Assembly: GCA_963665115.1 (NCBI GenBank)
Contig: OY762007.1
Span: 5,024,001 to 5,088,000 of the forward strand
From: an uncultured Rivularia sp.
GTDB lineage: Bacteria; Cyanobacteriota; Cyanobacteriia; Cyanobacteriales; Nostocaceae
Direction of reading: 5' to 3'
Length of the DNA: 64,000 nucleotides
This document shows positions 20,874 to 31,627 of this stretch, piece by piece. Position 1 is the first letter of the stretch. Each line of letters starts with the position of its first letter. The notes under the pieces are model-generated. The model searched no databases. It was not told the DNA's origin and was given only the letters and a program-made list of their open reading frames with translations. The position numbers were made by a program, and so were the translations under genes.

Positions 20874-21881
20874 TTAAGAAGCACCGACAGATGCAGATTT
20901 TGGTAACGATGGTAATGTCGAAACAGAATTTTCTGTTGAAGCCGTAGCTGGGCTTGCTCCCATAGGTACTTCTCCAACCATTCTGGCTACTTCAATACCA
21001 TATTGTTCCAGAATAACAACTGGTTCGGAACCTTCATTCATTTCAATTCTTTTAACAAGTAGTCCGCTTGCTAATCTTTGTCCCGCTTGAACGTAGCGGC
21101 TAGTCGGTTCGCTAGGTACTTTGATAATTGCTTGAGGTCGATTGCCTACTTGAATTACCCCCGAAACTAAAACAGCTTGAGCCAACTTAGGTTCTGGTGG
21201 TGGTGGTAATACAGGTGCAAGTTCTGGTGGCGGTACCACCCCAGGCATCTGTTGAGGCAAAACAGGTACCTTAGCAGGTACCTTGTTCGTTGCGATGCGA
21301 CCACCGTTAGAGCCAGGTTTGTTACCTGTTGATTGCTTATTTCTTGTGTTAGTTTGACCGGAATTAGAATTTATTGAATTTCTTCCGGCCGTTGTTGCAG
21401 AAATTACGGCACTCCTACGAGGTCTTACTGCAACTCTACGGGGTCTTACTGCAACCCCAGAAGATCCTCCTCTTGATGCAGTTCGTCTACTAGATGCCCC
21501 CGGTAAAGGAGGCAATTTAGGAACAGGCTGTTTTGGCTTATTCGCAGCAGTAGAGTCAGAGCCTTCAGGCTTTCGAGTCGGGAACTTTATAGGAGATATG
21601 ATCTCCTCAAACGGGTCTTTACGCCCTTTCGCGACTATACCTATTCGTTCTGTAGGATCGGTCGGTTGAATTAAACTCGAAGGTGCCGTATTCATAGTAG
21701 GTTGCTTCGGTGGCACAACCGGGTTTTTAAACTGTTCGGTTTTCTTGCCTTGGCTATTTTCTGCCGTTTCGGTGGGGATCGGAGCAACAGTAGTTGGTTC
21801 CTCTTCACCAGAACATCCGGCGATCGCCAAAGCTAAAATAGATGCAATAGATGCAATTGTGGTTTTTAAATGTCTACCCAT
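20874..21881 (-). CDS. Pro-rich lipoprotein with a PilP/GspC-like C-terminal domain
   Basis: Lipobox IAGC, RKDPF motif, C-terminal VSGVIQVG..QAIIK...YVQAGQRL..GLLVKRIE. Confidence 0.7.
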   Translation of the reverse strand: MGRHLKTTIASIASILALAIAGCSGEEEPTTVAPIPTETAENSQGKKTEQFKNPVVPPKQPTMNTAPSSLIQPTDPTERIGIVAKGRKDPFEEIISPIKFPTRKPEGSDSTAANKPKQPVPKLPPLPGASSRRTASRGGSSGVAVRPRRVAVRPRRSAVISATTAGRNSINSNSGQTNTRNKQSTGNKPGSNGGRIATNKVPAKVPVLPQQMPGVVPPPELAPVLPPPPEPKLAQAVLVSGVIQVGNRPQAIIKVPSEPTSRYVQAGQRLASGLLVKRIEMNEGSEPVVILEQYGIEVARMVGEVPMGASPATASTENSVSTLPSLPKSASVGAS

Positions 21882-22026
21882 TAGCCATTCTTAAGAGAAG
21901 ACGGAAAAATTTGCATAAGTGAAATCAATTTGATTGAAAGTTGTATCACAAGTGAAATCTGATACAGTTATAACCTAATTTTTTTCGGGTCAAGGATTAT
22001 TTTATACAACATGGTACAGATTTTGA

Positions 22027-22806
22027 TTAATCCTCTGTTGTTACCATCAGATGCTTGAGAGAATTAACTCCTTTTTTGACTCTACGAGAAACTGTAACTA
22101 CACTGATACCCAGCTTTTCAGCTACTTGCTTCTGCGTTAAATCATGTAAGAATACAAATTCTAAGACCTGACGGGTTCGATTTTCTAACTGAAGCAAGGC
22201 TTGTTGTAAGCGTAATTGATCTTCTTGCGCCAGCTGAAAACTGCGGTAACTATGGTCGGGAACCAGTTCTGCTAAACTAGCCGAACCTTCGTCTCCATCG
22301 TATACAGGCACATCTAAGCTTAAAGGAGCGCGATTTGCCCAAGCTAGTTTAATTTCCTGCCATTCTTCAAGAGAAATAGACAATGCTGCGGCTACTTCAG
22401 AGTCGGTCGGTTGACGATTATATTGCTCTCGTAAGGAACGAGAAACTCCTGCCGATTGCTGCTGTAGCGCCAACCAACGCCTCGGAATTCTAACAGTGAC
22501 ACCCTTATCACGGAGGTAATGCTGAATTTCACCGCGAATATAAGGAATCGCGAAGGAACTAAAGGCATGACCTTTGGAAATCTCAAATCTTTCGATAGCA
22601 CGAATTAAGCCCAGACAGCCTACTTGAAGTAAGTCATCGTAACTTTCGTGGCATTGATTTATCCAGTAGTAAGCCTCTTTTCTAACAAGTCCAAAATTAA
22701 GCTTTACCAGTTGATTCCGAACTTCGGCTGACTGAGATTGCTGATATTCTCGCAATAACTGCCAAATTTCTTGCTTAAGTTCTTTAGTGAGTAAGGTAGT
22801 AGGCAT
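22027..22806 (-). CDS. sigF: group 3 RNA polymerase sigma factor SigF
   Basis: DLLQVGCLGLIRAIERF, FSSFAIPYIRGEIQHYLRDK, region 4 HTH. Confidence 0.9.
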   Translation of the reverse strand: MPTTLLTKELKQEIWQLLREYQQSQSAEVRNQLVKLNFGLVRKEAYYWINQCHESYDDLLQVGCLGLIRAIERFEISKGHAFSSFAIPYIRGEIQHYLRDKGVTVRIPRRWLALQQQSAGVSRSLREQYNRQPTDSEVAAALSISLEEWQEIKLAWANRAPLSLDVPVYDGDEGSASLAELVPDHSYRSFQLAQEDQLRLQQALLQLENRTRQVLEFVFLHDLTQKQVAEKLGISVVTVSRRVKKGVNSLKHLMVTTED

Positions 22807-23642
22807 AGCACCTTGATGATTTATAAAACAAATATTTAAACCAGAATGACCGTAAATATCTGGTGATGCACTTTTAAAGGCGTATTTATGTAGAAAACGC
22901 AGATGAACATATTCCTCCGTTCCGCAAGTATCAATAACGAGCGGCGATCGGATTATGGATCGGGTTGATTAAAAGGACGCGGCTGTTAAGGCAGCAGACT
23001 AATGCAATAGTACAAAAAGCGATTTTACAGCTTTGCTTATGTAGTCGCTAAAGGGTTCTATATAAAAAAATATACAAAAACACCCCCTAAGTGAAACCGA
23101 ATTATTACGTAATTTAGTTTTTTAAGGTTTTGGCTAAGTTATTGCTAAAAGCTACAGCAGTGTAATTAAGTAGATTCATAAATTAATAAATAAATAAGTT
23201 ATTTCAGAGAAAATACTTACTATAAAAAGTTTTAAATAAATCTCATAGCCGTACTTGTTATGCGGCATTAAATAGTTGTCAAAGAGGGAAAAGAAAGCAG
23301 GGAACTGGGAACAGAGAAAGACGACGGTATTGGTTTGTGAATTGATCGCTTTCTAAACTGATAATCCTTGTACGGCAGATATTACAGTCTCTTAGACCAA
23401 GGTTTTAATATGTTAGGTACTGAAGAAGCCGAATAAATAAAAATTTAAAATCTATATGTAGCACTACGTTTTCTAGTTAAAACATTTTTCTGTTCCCAAT
23501 TCCCGTTCCCCGTTCCCTTTCAAGCAAAACATGATGTCCTAACCTTCTTAGTGCGATAAAACTACGATCCAACAACAGATAATAATAGGTTTAGAGGGAA
23601 TAAAGAAAGAAGATGAATGAGAAATTAGCTTTATAAATCCAT

Positions 23643-23666
23643 AAAAAAAAGGGCTAAAAGCCCTTT
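23643..23666 (-). terminator. intrinsic terminator after psbO
   Basis: AAAGGGCT-TTT-AGCCCTTTTTTTT on the minus strand. Confidence 0.7.
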
Positions 23667-23734
23667 AAATTAATTAAATTGATCGGCAATTACTCTATCT
23701 AGAAGTAACTAAACAATACAGCAGATTAAAAAAA

Positions 23735-24574
23735 CTATGACACTGGTTCTACACGAGCGTAAAATAAGCCACGAACTTTTACATCTAAAGGTTCACCAGC
23801 GCCTAAATCGGTATCGGAAGGTTGATCGCTGACAAAAGTACCAGCAATTTCTCCACTTGCACTATCTACTTTGGCTACATTCAAAGAAATATGACCGTTA
23901 CCAGTTTCAACACTCTTCATATTCGCGCGTCTGAGTCTAATATCATCTGCTTGGGAAGGTAACGCAATTGCATTATCATAACCGCTAGCAACACCACGAC
24001 CTTTAGGATCTAAGAAAGTTGCACCACGATAAGAAGGTACTTTAAAATCTCCTTCAAAATCTGTTGAAGTATTAATGCTAGTTAAATTAGGTTGTGTTTG
24101 AGCAACCAAATCTTTCACAGTAAATAAGAAAGGAACCTGTTCCCCACCGGGAAGTTGTACGGTAATAGCTTGGAAATCAAAACCATCTTTCTCTTCAAAA
24201 GTCAAACTGCCATCTTGATTAACTTTCAAATCACCTTGAATTTGGTCGAGTGATGAAGTTTTACGAGTCAACTGTCTCCCACCAATAAATTCAGCTTCTT
24301 GTCTTTTGTTAAGAGGTTCTTCTTTAACAAAGAAGGCGGTAGGTTCAATGCAAAGTTCTTTAATTTCGTAAGAGCCGCTTGGATCGATGGCGATAGAACC
24401 ACGACTTGTTTCGGAAAGTAGAGGACATTTGTTAGCTAAACCAGTACCTCTAATATCTTCGTAAGTAAGTAAATCTCTACTATCACCAGTAGCCATATCT
24501 GAACCTTGGCTACAAGCTGTTAGTAAGCCCAACATTACAGCCATTAATCCAGCTACTAAAGCGCGATACTTCAT
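23735..24574 (-). CDS. psbO: PSII manganese-stabilising protein
   Basis: GTGLANKCP, VQLPGGEQVPFLFTVK, VPSYRGATFLDPKGRG, QPSDTDLGA. Confidence 0.97.
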   Translation of the reverse strand: MKYRALVAGLMAVMLGLLTACSQGSDMATGDSRDLLTYEDIRGTGLANKCPLLSETSRGSIAIDPSGSYEIKELCIEPTAFFVKEEPLNKRQEAEFIGGRQLTRKTSSLDQIQGDLKVNQDGSLTFEEKDGFDFQAITVQLPGGEQVPFLFTVKDLVAQTQPNLTSINTSTDFEGDFKVPSYRGATFLDPKGRGVASGYDNAIALPSQADDIRLRRANMKSVETGNGHISLNVAKVDSASGEIAGTFVSDQPSDTDLGAGEPLDVKVRGLFYARVEPVS

Positions 24575-25563
24575 AATTAACCTCAATGTCAAAAATTAAT
24601 ATTTTCAGTTATTAAACCAAAAAAACGATTACGTAGTTAAACGTTTTCAATTATCAAGCTTAGAGTTCGCACTCCAACTTGTATACATTGCCATTCTTAA
24701 GTCTCTCAAAATATTGGTGGCGCAACATCCACCTTATTCGAGACAAGCAACCGTCAAAAAATATAAGGCCAAAAATAATTTGTGACCCTTACTTTTAAAA
24801 CGAAAAATCTCATCAACAACTTTATACGGTCAGATGAAAGGTGAAAGATTTAACAGTTGGACAAACATTTAACTAACTTTTATATAACATCCCAACCACC
24901 ATCTTGATAAGATGCCTGTAATAGACCATCGCAAGTACGCTTTCTATTTTATTATTCACATTTAGCTAATTAAAGCCAACAGGACTCCGGCAAAGTAATG
25001 TTTTTTATAGTTGTGTTATGACAGAAATTTTTTATAGTTCTCCTTGATTCATCGTAAGTTATGAAATTTTTTATTGAGTCAATATCATTCTCTCACAACT
25101 TTGTAAATTAATGTTCTGCCGACACATAGAATATGTATTGCAACCTACATTTGATAGTGGCTCAATTCTCAGATGCATATAATTATCTACCATTTATACA
25201 AATATTTACATTACTATAAAATTTTTAACGATTAGATAGAAAGAAATTGGATTGTGTGGATTATTTTGTAAATTAGGGGTTGACAAAGTGGCAGCTATAT
25301 ATTTTCTTTAATTCCATTTTTATACTAAATGACTTTAAGTCAAATATGTTTAAAAATGTTAAGAGAACTTTTACCCAAACTTAACCTAACTTAAAGCTGT
25401 AGCTTGATTGGAGTCAGCGGAGGCATAGTTTGTCCAAAATATTGAAGCTCAATCTTTTTAAAATGCTTCTAAATTGGGATTTAACTGTGCCATTGCTATA
25501 GTTAACCAAAGTTATGGTTTGTCTTTAATCCAAAAGATCGGAGTTAAATAATTAATAAATATT

Positions 25564-25875
25564 ATGAGCAACGGTAAAAGTCCCGATTCAGATAAGTTAT
25601 CTTACAAATTGCAAGAAGTTACAGACTCAATTCACGAATACTCTGCCATTTCTCAAGGAGATATTTTAGCAATTTTGGCATTGCTTAGGCAGTTAGAACA
25701 ATTGCATCGAGAAGTTAGAGACGGTATTTTTCAAGAAAGTTTACCATCAAATCGTCAAGCGCTATACTCACTTTTAAAAGATATTGAAGCAGAAGGAGGA
25801 TGGCCCTACATTGAGCGGATGAGGATTCAAGATCTGATGCTGAATTTGGAAAACATTGACGAAGAAAATAGTTGA
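25564..25875 (+). CDS. hypothetical protein
   Basis: 103 aa helical ORF, LLRQLEQLHR...IEAEGGWPYIERM. Confidence 0.75.
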   Translation: MSNGKSPDSDKLSYKLQEVTDSIHEYSAISQGDILAILALLRQLEQLHREVRDGIFQESLPSNRQALYSLLKDIEAEGGWPYIERMRIQDLMLNLENIDEENS

Positions 25876-25920
25876 AAAGTACTAAGCTTCTTTTCTTTTG
25901 TTTAAACGTAATTTTCTCTA

Positions 25921-26050
25921 CCTCTACTCCCAACTCCCAACTCCCAACTCCTAACTCCCAACTCCCAACTCCTAACTCCTAACTCTCTACTCTCTACTCT
26001 CTACTCTCTACTCTCTACTCCCAACTCCCAACTCCCAACTCCCAACTCCC
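25921..26050. repeat. STRR tract (CCCAACT/CTCTACT)n
   Basis: Tandem heptamers. Confidence 0.92.
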
Positions 26051-29000
26051 TCAACTAATTCCCTGGCAAAGGTTGCGATCGCTTCCTTCGACGTTGCGAT
26101 TGTACTGGAGGTAATCACCTACCCAGTGACAACCCTTTGCTAGTAGATTTTTAAGATCTAAATTCCATAGAACGATTGTATTGTCGTCGCTTGCGGATGC
26201 TAAAGTTTGACCATCCGGGCTAAAGCTAACGTCTAACACGGGAGCCTGATGTTCGCTGAGGGTTTTGATTAATTTACCTTCAGTACTCCAAAGTTTGACA
26301 GTGCTATCCCAACTAGCAGCAGCCAAAATTTCTCCATTGGGGCTGAAGGTAACAGCACTAACGCTATCGCCATAGCCTTTCAATAAAGTTTTCAATAAAC
26401 TGCCATCCCAACGCCATAATCTAACAGTATTGTCCCAACTAGCAGAAGCAAGCAAGTTATAGCTAGGGCTAAAGCTGACACCTAATACCCAACCGGAATG
26501 AGGTAAAAATGTTTTTAATAACACACCATCTCGTTTCCACAATTTCACGGTTTGATCGTCGGAACCGGAGGCCAAAACTTGAGAATCAGTGCTGAAACGG
26601 ACGCTATTTACCCTTCCTTGATGCCCTTTTAAAGTTTTAAGCAGTTTACCTTGTTGATTCCATAGTTTTACCGTTTGATCTTTACTGGCAGATGCCAGCA
26701 ATTCCCCATCAGGGCTAAAACTAATACTCGTTACGCTGTCATTGTGTCCCTGAAGAGTTTTGATTAATTGACCGTCTCGCTGCCAAAGTTTTATAGTTTT
26801 GTCGTAACCTGCTGATGCTAATGTTTTGCCATTGGGGTGAAAACTAACGCTTGCAACTCTATCGGAATGTCCTAATAAAGTCTTATAAAGACGGGTATCA
26901 AATCCAGTATTCTTTGGTTGCCTCTTCCACAGTTTTACGGTATTATCGCGGCTGCTAGAAGCTAAAATTTGACCATCAGGACTCCAAGCAACACTTAAAA
27001 CCCGGTCTGAATGTCCTTCTAAAACGGGTAATTTAGGAGGATTTAAACTCCACAGTTTGACGCTTTTGTCATAACTTGCCGAGGCCAATAATTTATTATC
27101 GGGGCTGAATGAAACGCTGACTACAGCATCGCTATGACCTTTAAAAGTTTTAAGTAACTTACCGCTACTAACATCAATTAGATTAATCGTATTGTCATCT
27201 CCTGCGGAAGCCAGTTTTTCGCCTTTAGAATCAAAATTTAAACTCCAAACTGTACCTTTATGCTGCTCTAGATTTTTATACGGACGGTATGTGAAGCCAG
27301 TTTCACCATCTTTTTGCTCGCGTCGCCAAAGTTTAACAATGCCATTTCGACCAGCAGAAGCCAATATTTTACCGTCTGGGCTAAAGTTAACAACAGTTAT
27401 TCCTTCTTGATGACCGGGCAAAGTAGTTAATAAAGTGCCATCCTTACTCCATATTTTCACGGTATTGTCATCGCTGGCTGAAGCAATAAACTGACCGTCA
27501 GGACTGAAAGTTACCCAATTAATCCAACCTTGATGTCCCTCAAGAGTTTTCAATAATTTACCGTCGCTACGCCAAATTCTCACAGTTTCATCTTTACTGC
27601 CAGTAACCAATAATTTGCCATCGGGACTAAAGCTAACTTTATCAACCCAATCGGAATGACCTAAAGTTGTTACAGGTTGCCAATCAAATTCTCCCGTTGT
27701 GGGATTTTTGCGCCAGATTTTTACAGTATTATCGCGACTAGCAGAAGCCAGCAAACTACCATCAGGACTAAAAGTCAAACTGGTAATGCTTTCGTCATGT
27801 CCTTTTAAAGTTTGTAATAAACTGCCATCAGTACGCCAAATTTTTACGCTTTTGTCGCGACTTCCCGAGGCTAATAACTTTCCATCGGGACTAAAATTGA
27901 CATCCCAAACAATATCTTTATGTCCCTCTAAACGGTTAACTTCCGTCACTCCGTAGACAGCTTGTTGTAAAGCCGTGACGACTCGCATCCGCGTATCCGG
28001 GCCGATTCCATGTCCGTTTTTAAGCTTTCTCCAAGCACGCAAACTTTCAACCAAAGCATCAAATTCTTTATTGGAAGCAAACAAAGCTTCAGAAGCGGCA
28101 GTTAGGGCACCAATTTTAAAGTTATTTTCGCTACGTTCGGCGCGTAAACTTTGGCTGATTGCAGCCTTCTTTTGCAAATCCGCTTGCCACCACAAACCGC
28201 CAATTGTGGCAGACATTACCGCTAAAGCAAAGCCAGCCAAACGAGCTTCTCGCAGACGTTTTTGAAGGATGGAATTTAACTTTTCTTGGGATAATTTTTG
28301 AGCAACTTCTGCTTTCGTTTTTTCAAAACGGATTTTTTCTAGTTCGGCAATGATTCCATAGTCATTACGAACGCGAATTGGTTTAACTAAATAATCGTGA
28401 ACTAACTGGTAACGTTCACCTGACTCTTGCAGTACTCGCAACACCAAACCGCTTCCCACAAGGATTTCTAATATTAGCTCTAAGGTACTAACATTGTAGG
28501 AATGGATAAAGTCTTCTTGGATTTCTCGATCGTTTCCTACCTCATATTGCTTGCTGGGTTGTTTTAAAGCTTTGGAAAAAGCAGAATCAATATTTTGATT
28601 GATATTAATTAAAAAATTCTCTGCTTGATTTTTTTCTTCTTGCTCATATGCATCTTCTTGTCTGAAAATAGCGGTAACTAATTCAGCCTTGGTCTTAAGA
28701 GGTCGCGTACCTTTTTCATCGGTTAATTCAAAAAGTAATTTCCAGCTTAATTCTTCGTTTTCTTGACCGCAATCGTAAATTACTTTTTCTAACCAATGTT
28801 GAACTAATTTTTCAGAACCACCGCTGCGCTGATATTCTCCTAATGTCGTAATATTTTGTGCTTCTAATTGAGCGCCGACAATTTGTAATTCTATTGGATG
28901 TACTTGATGGGTTTCCCCTGCCAAATCTTCTACTAATTTATCAATTAATTCATCGCTCAATTGATAATGAGAGCGTTCTGTAAGGCTGTGGATAATACTA

Positions 29001-31306
29001 TTGGCATCTTGACAAGTAAATTTCCCCAAATAGTAACGAATGTTTTTATCGAGAATATTTTTGTTAATTACTCCTAAATTGTAAGAATCGTTCCTTTCTA
29101 AATAGCTCAAGCGCTCAAATTCTAATAAATAATGCAGATAATCTTCCCGCAAAGAAAGAATAACTTTTACAAACGGGATATTCAGACATTTATTAAAAAA
29201 CTTGTAAAATTCAATTCTTTGTGGCGTATCTTGTTTGACAAAGAAAAACTCTTCTAGCTGATCGAAAATTAAAATTATTGTGTAATTATTATCTGCTAAT
29301 AATCGTAGTTTTTCCAGAATCACATCAACTGTAATTTCTATCGCCAAAGATATAGAAGTACGAGCAATAACTTGATTTAAACTGCGTCCTAAAGCTTTTA
29401 TCCAGTCAGTATAGACAGATAAAACAATTGGTAAAGCCATACGTTCCCCAATCGAATTCTGTTTGAGTGCTGGAACTAAACCCGCTTTGATAATTGAGCT
29501 TTTACCTACCCCCGATGGCCCATGAACCACGGTAAGTTTACAGTCAGCACGAGTCATTTTTTCCAGAAGATGATGTACATCTTGCTGTCTTCCCGAAGCT
29601 GCTATTTCTTGAGCAACTTGATCGGGGGTTGATAAGATTTTTTGTGGTTGTAAAACAGGATTTATTCTATAGCGCTGCGGTTGTAATTGACTGGCTCCGA
29701 TAAAAGCACGAAATCCGTACTGATGCTCAATCTGAATTTTTTCTCGCTTGAGCTTAAAAGCTTCTAAATAATCGTGACGTTCGCAGAAATAAAGCGAGCG
29801 TAATTCTTCAACAATTTCTAAATACAAAGAGGGTTCGTATTGAGCTTCACAAACTACTTTTGCCCACTCCAAAGTATTAACAGCTTCATCCCATTCACCC
29901 AAATTCCTTAAGGTGCGTCCAAGCAATAGAAGATACCAACTTTCAGAGGAGCGAGATACTTCTGGAACTTCTTCTGCAATAGAAAGGGCTGTATTTGCTA
30001 ATTCATGAGCTTGTACCCAATCAGATTTAGAAGCAGCTACTACACAAAGAAATCCATAATCTTGAGCAACTAAGGTTTTGTTCCCGAATGATTGATGCAG
30101 CTCCAAAGAGTAAGTCGCTAATTGCGATAAATCATCCCACTGTTGCAAACGCTGCAATACTTCACAAGCAGGATAAATAAATTTAGCGCTTAAATCTTTT
30201 CTTTTTATCGTTTCAAATATATCCAAGCATCGCTTAAACCAATTCAAAGCATTTTGCCAGAAGCTGATATTGGCCGCAGGTTGTAAATCCGCCAAACGTC
30301 GGTAACAAAGTCCCAGGTGGAACATGACTACTGCTTGACGTATTAGGGAGGGGAGGGGGAGAGGGGAGGATGGGAAGATGGTGAATCCACCCCCGTGCGG
30401 AGGTTCCCTCCGTTGAGGGGAGTGGTGAACCCGAAGGGGGAGAGGGGGAGAGGGGGAGAGGGGGGGATGGGGGGATGAATTTTGACAGTTTCCAATCAAA
30501 GAAGATAAAGAATTACTTTTAATTTCTTCTTCCCAGAGTTCTAGACTGCGTTGATAATGTAACAACGCTTCGTTGATGTTGTCGTTTACGTAGTTATCGC
30601 GGCCGAGAACAAATTCTAGACTGGCTTCTAGTTGGGGTTCTAGTTTGATTTCGTAAATTCGCAGCAAATCGTTACGGGCTGATTCTATTTCTCGACGCTG
30701 CTGGGATTTAGGATCTAAAAGTAAAGCTTCATTTGATAAAAACTTTTGCGCCCCTGCTTCTATAACTTTGTCAAATAAAGATTGTGTTTGCTGTTGGATG
30801 AGATTAACTAAATCGGGAGCAGCCATTTCAAATTTAATTGTGGTTGCTGCCCAACTTTTAAAATCGGGTGCAAATCGTGAAAGTGACGATCCTACTTCAT
30901 CTTTGAGCCACAAAACTATCGGAAAAGAAAAAGTATCGGCGTATATATCTCGTGCTTGGTTAATACCGCTAAGTAAATCTTCTAAGTTGGTAACAGACTC
31001 CAACCCAAATACCATCACCGCCGTCGGTAAACAATCTGTTTTTACAGCAGGTATATCTAAAAATAGCTCCGAGACTATGGTGCTGTGTAAAGCCTTGGTT
31101 GAAGGAGAGAGAACTACCTCTCGCAAATTTACATCCTTGGTTTGCGAGCGGATATTGTCTAATACTTGCTTGCACAACTCCTTGTAATTGCACCGTACTA
31201 GAATTAGAGAAAATTGACCAAAGGATAGCGCGATCGCCCGAATCAGTCTTTTCAAGGAATGCTGATTGGAAATAGCGATATCCGTAAGAGTAGTATTTTC
31301 ACTCAT
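26051..31306 (-). CDS. multidomain TPR-like + STAND (nSTAND1-type) NTPase + TM + WD40-repeat protein
   Basis: GPSGVGKSS Walker A, LIFDQLEEFF Walker B, ILSLREDYL, QLVHDYL, about 14 GH...FSPDG...W repeats; start taken at MSENT. Confidence 0.9.
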   Translation of the reverse strand: MSENTTLTDIAISNQHSLKRLIRAIALSFGQFSLILVRCNYKELCKQVLDNIRSQTKDVNLREVVLSPSTKALHSTIVSELFLDIPAVKTDCLPTAVMVFGLESVTNLEDLLSGINQARDIYADTFSFPIVLWLKDEVGSSLSRFAPDFKSWAATTIKFEMAAPDLVNLIQQQTQSLFDKVIEAGAQKFLSNEALLLDPKSQQRREIESARNDLLRIYEIKLEPQLEASLEFVLGRDNYVNDNINEALLHYQRSLELWEEEIKSNSLSSLIGNCQNSSPHPPLSPSPPLPLRVHHSPQRREPPHGGGFTIFPSSPLPLPSLIRQAVVMFHLGLCYRRLADLQPAANISFWQNALNWFKRCLDIFETIKRKDLSAKFIYPACEVLQRLQQWDDLSQLATYSLELHQSFGNKTLVAQDYGFLCVVAASKSDWVQAHELANTALSIAEEVPEVSRSSESWYLLLLGRTLRNLGEWDEAVNTLEWAKVVCEAQYEPSLYLEIVEELRSLYFCERHDYLEAFKLKREKIQIEHQYGFRAFIGASQLQPQRYRINPVLQPQKILSTPDQVAQEIAASGRQQDVHHLLEKMTRADCKLTVVHGPSGVGKSSIIKAGLVPALKQNSIGERMALPIVLSVYTDWIKALGRSLNQVIARTSISLAIEITVDVILEKLRLLADNNYTIILIFDQLEEFFFVKQDTPQRIEFYKFFNKCLNIPFVKVILSLREDYLHYLLEFERLSYLERNDSYNLGVINKNILDKNIRYYLGKFTCQDANSIIHSLTERSHYQLSDELIDKLVEDLAGETHQVHPIELQIVGAQLEAQNITTLGEYQRSGGSEKLVQHWLEKVIYDCGQENEELSWKLLFELTDEKGTRPLKTKAELVTAIFRQEDAYEQEEKNQAENFLININQNIDSAFSKALKQPSKQYEVGNDREIQEDFIHSYNVSTLELILEILVGSGLVLRVLQESGERYQLVHDYLVKPIRVRNDYGIIAELEKIRFEKTKAEVAQKLSQEKLNSILQKRLREARLAGFALAVMSATIGGLWWQADLQKKAAISQSLRAERSENNFKIGALTAASEALFASNKEFDALVESLRAWRKLKNGHGIGPDTRMRVVTALQQAVYGVTEVNRLEGHKDIVWDVNFSPDGKLLASGSRDKSVKIWRTDGSLLQTLKGHDESITSLTFSPDGSLLASASRDNTVKIWRKNPTTGEFDWQPVTTLGHSDWVDKVSFSPDGKLLVTGSKDETVRIWRSDGKLLKTLEGHQGWINWVTFSPDGQFIASASDDNTVKIWSKDGTLLTTLPGHQEGITVVNFSPDGKILASAGRNGIVKLWRREQKDGETGFTYRPYKNLEQHKGTVWSLNFDSKGEKLASAGDDNTINLIDVSSGKLLKTFKGHSDAVVSVSFSPDNKLLASASYDKSVKLWSLNPPKLPVLEGHSDRVLSVAWSPDGQILASSSRDNTVKLWKRQPKNTGFDTRLYKTLLGHSDRVASVSFHPNGKTLASAGYDKTIKLWQRDGQLIKTLQGHNDSVTSISFSPDGELLASASKDQTVKLWNQQGKLLKTLKGHQGRVNSVRFSTDSQVLASGSDDQTVKLWKRDGVLLKTFLPHSGWVLGVSFSPSYNLLASASWDNTVRLWRWDGSLLKTLLKGYGDSVSAVTFSPNGEILAAASWDSTVKLWSTEGKLIKTLSEHQAPVLDVSFSPDGQTLASASDDNTIVLWNLDLKNLLAKGCHWVGDYLQYNRNVEGSDRNLCQGIS
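30382..30438. mobile_element. 57-nt small dispersed element inserted in frame into the WD40 gene
   Basis: TGA...CCCGTGCGGAGGTTCCC...ACCCGAAGGG shared with 52594-52674; removing it restores the octamer STRR phase. Confidence 0.75.
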
Positions 31307-31627
31307 AGCTGGAATATTTATATTTGACGTTGTGTCAATTCGATTTTGGATTTTAGATAAACAAGAGCTATTCAAATTCGATGTTGCTTTAATCCAAAAT
31401 TGGCAATCCGAAATACATAGAGATGGTCAAATTATTTAAAACTGACCGGAATGCACCATTTGGGGGCAATCCCAAAGAAACCTGGTTTATTCTGGTAAAA
31501 ACGATCGGCTAAACCCGGTTAATTAGAAGTTCATTCATCAGCGATTTGAAAGCTTATCCTGTTTGATTTATTCAAGAATGTAAAAAGCAACAATACACCA
31601 TTTCACATTCACCTATTTTTTTTACTG

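Noticed and set aside
25371..25397. Possible cyanobacterial Pho box (CTTAACCT)
   Set aside because: Repeats are spaced 10 bp rather than 11 bp and only one unit matches well
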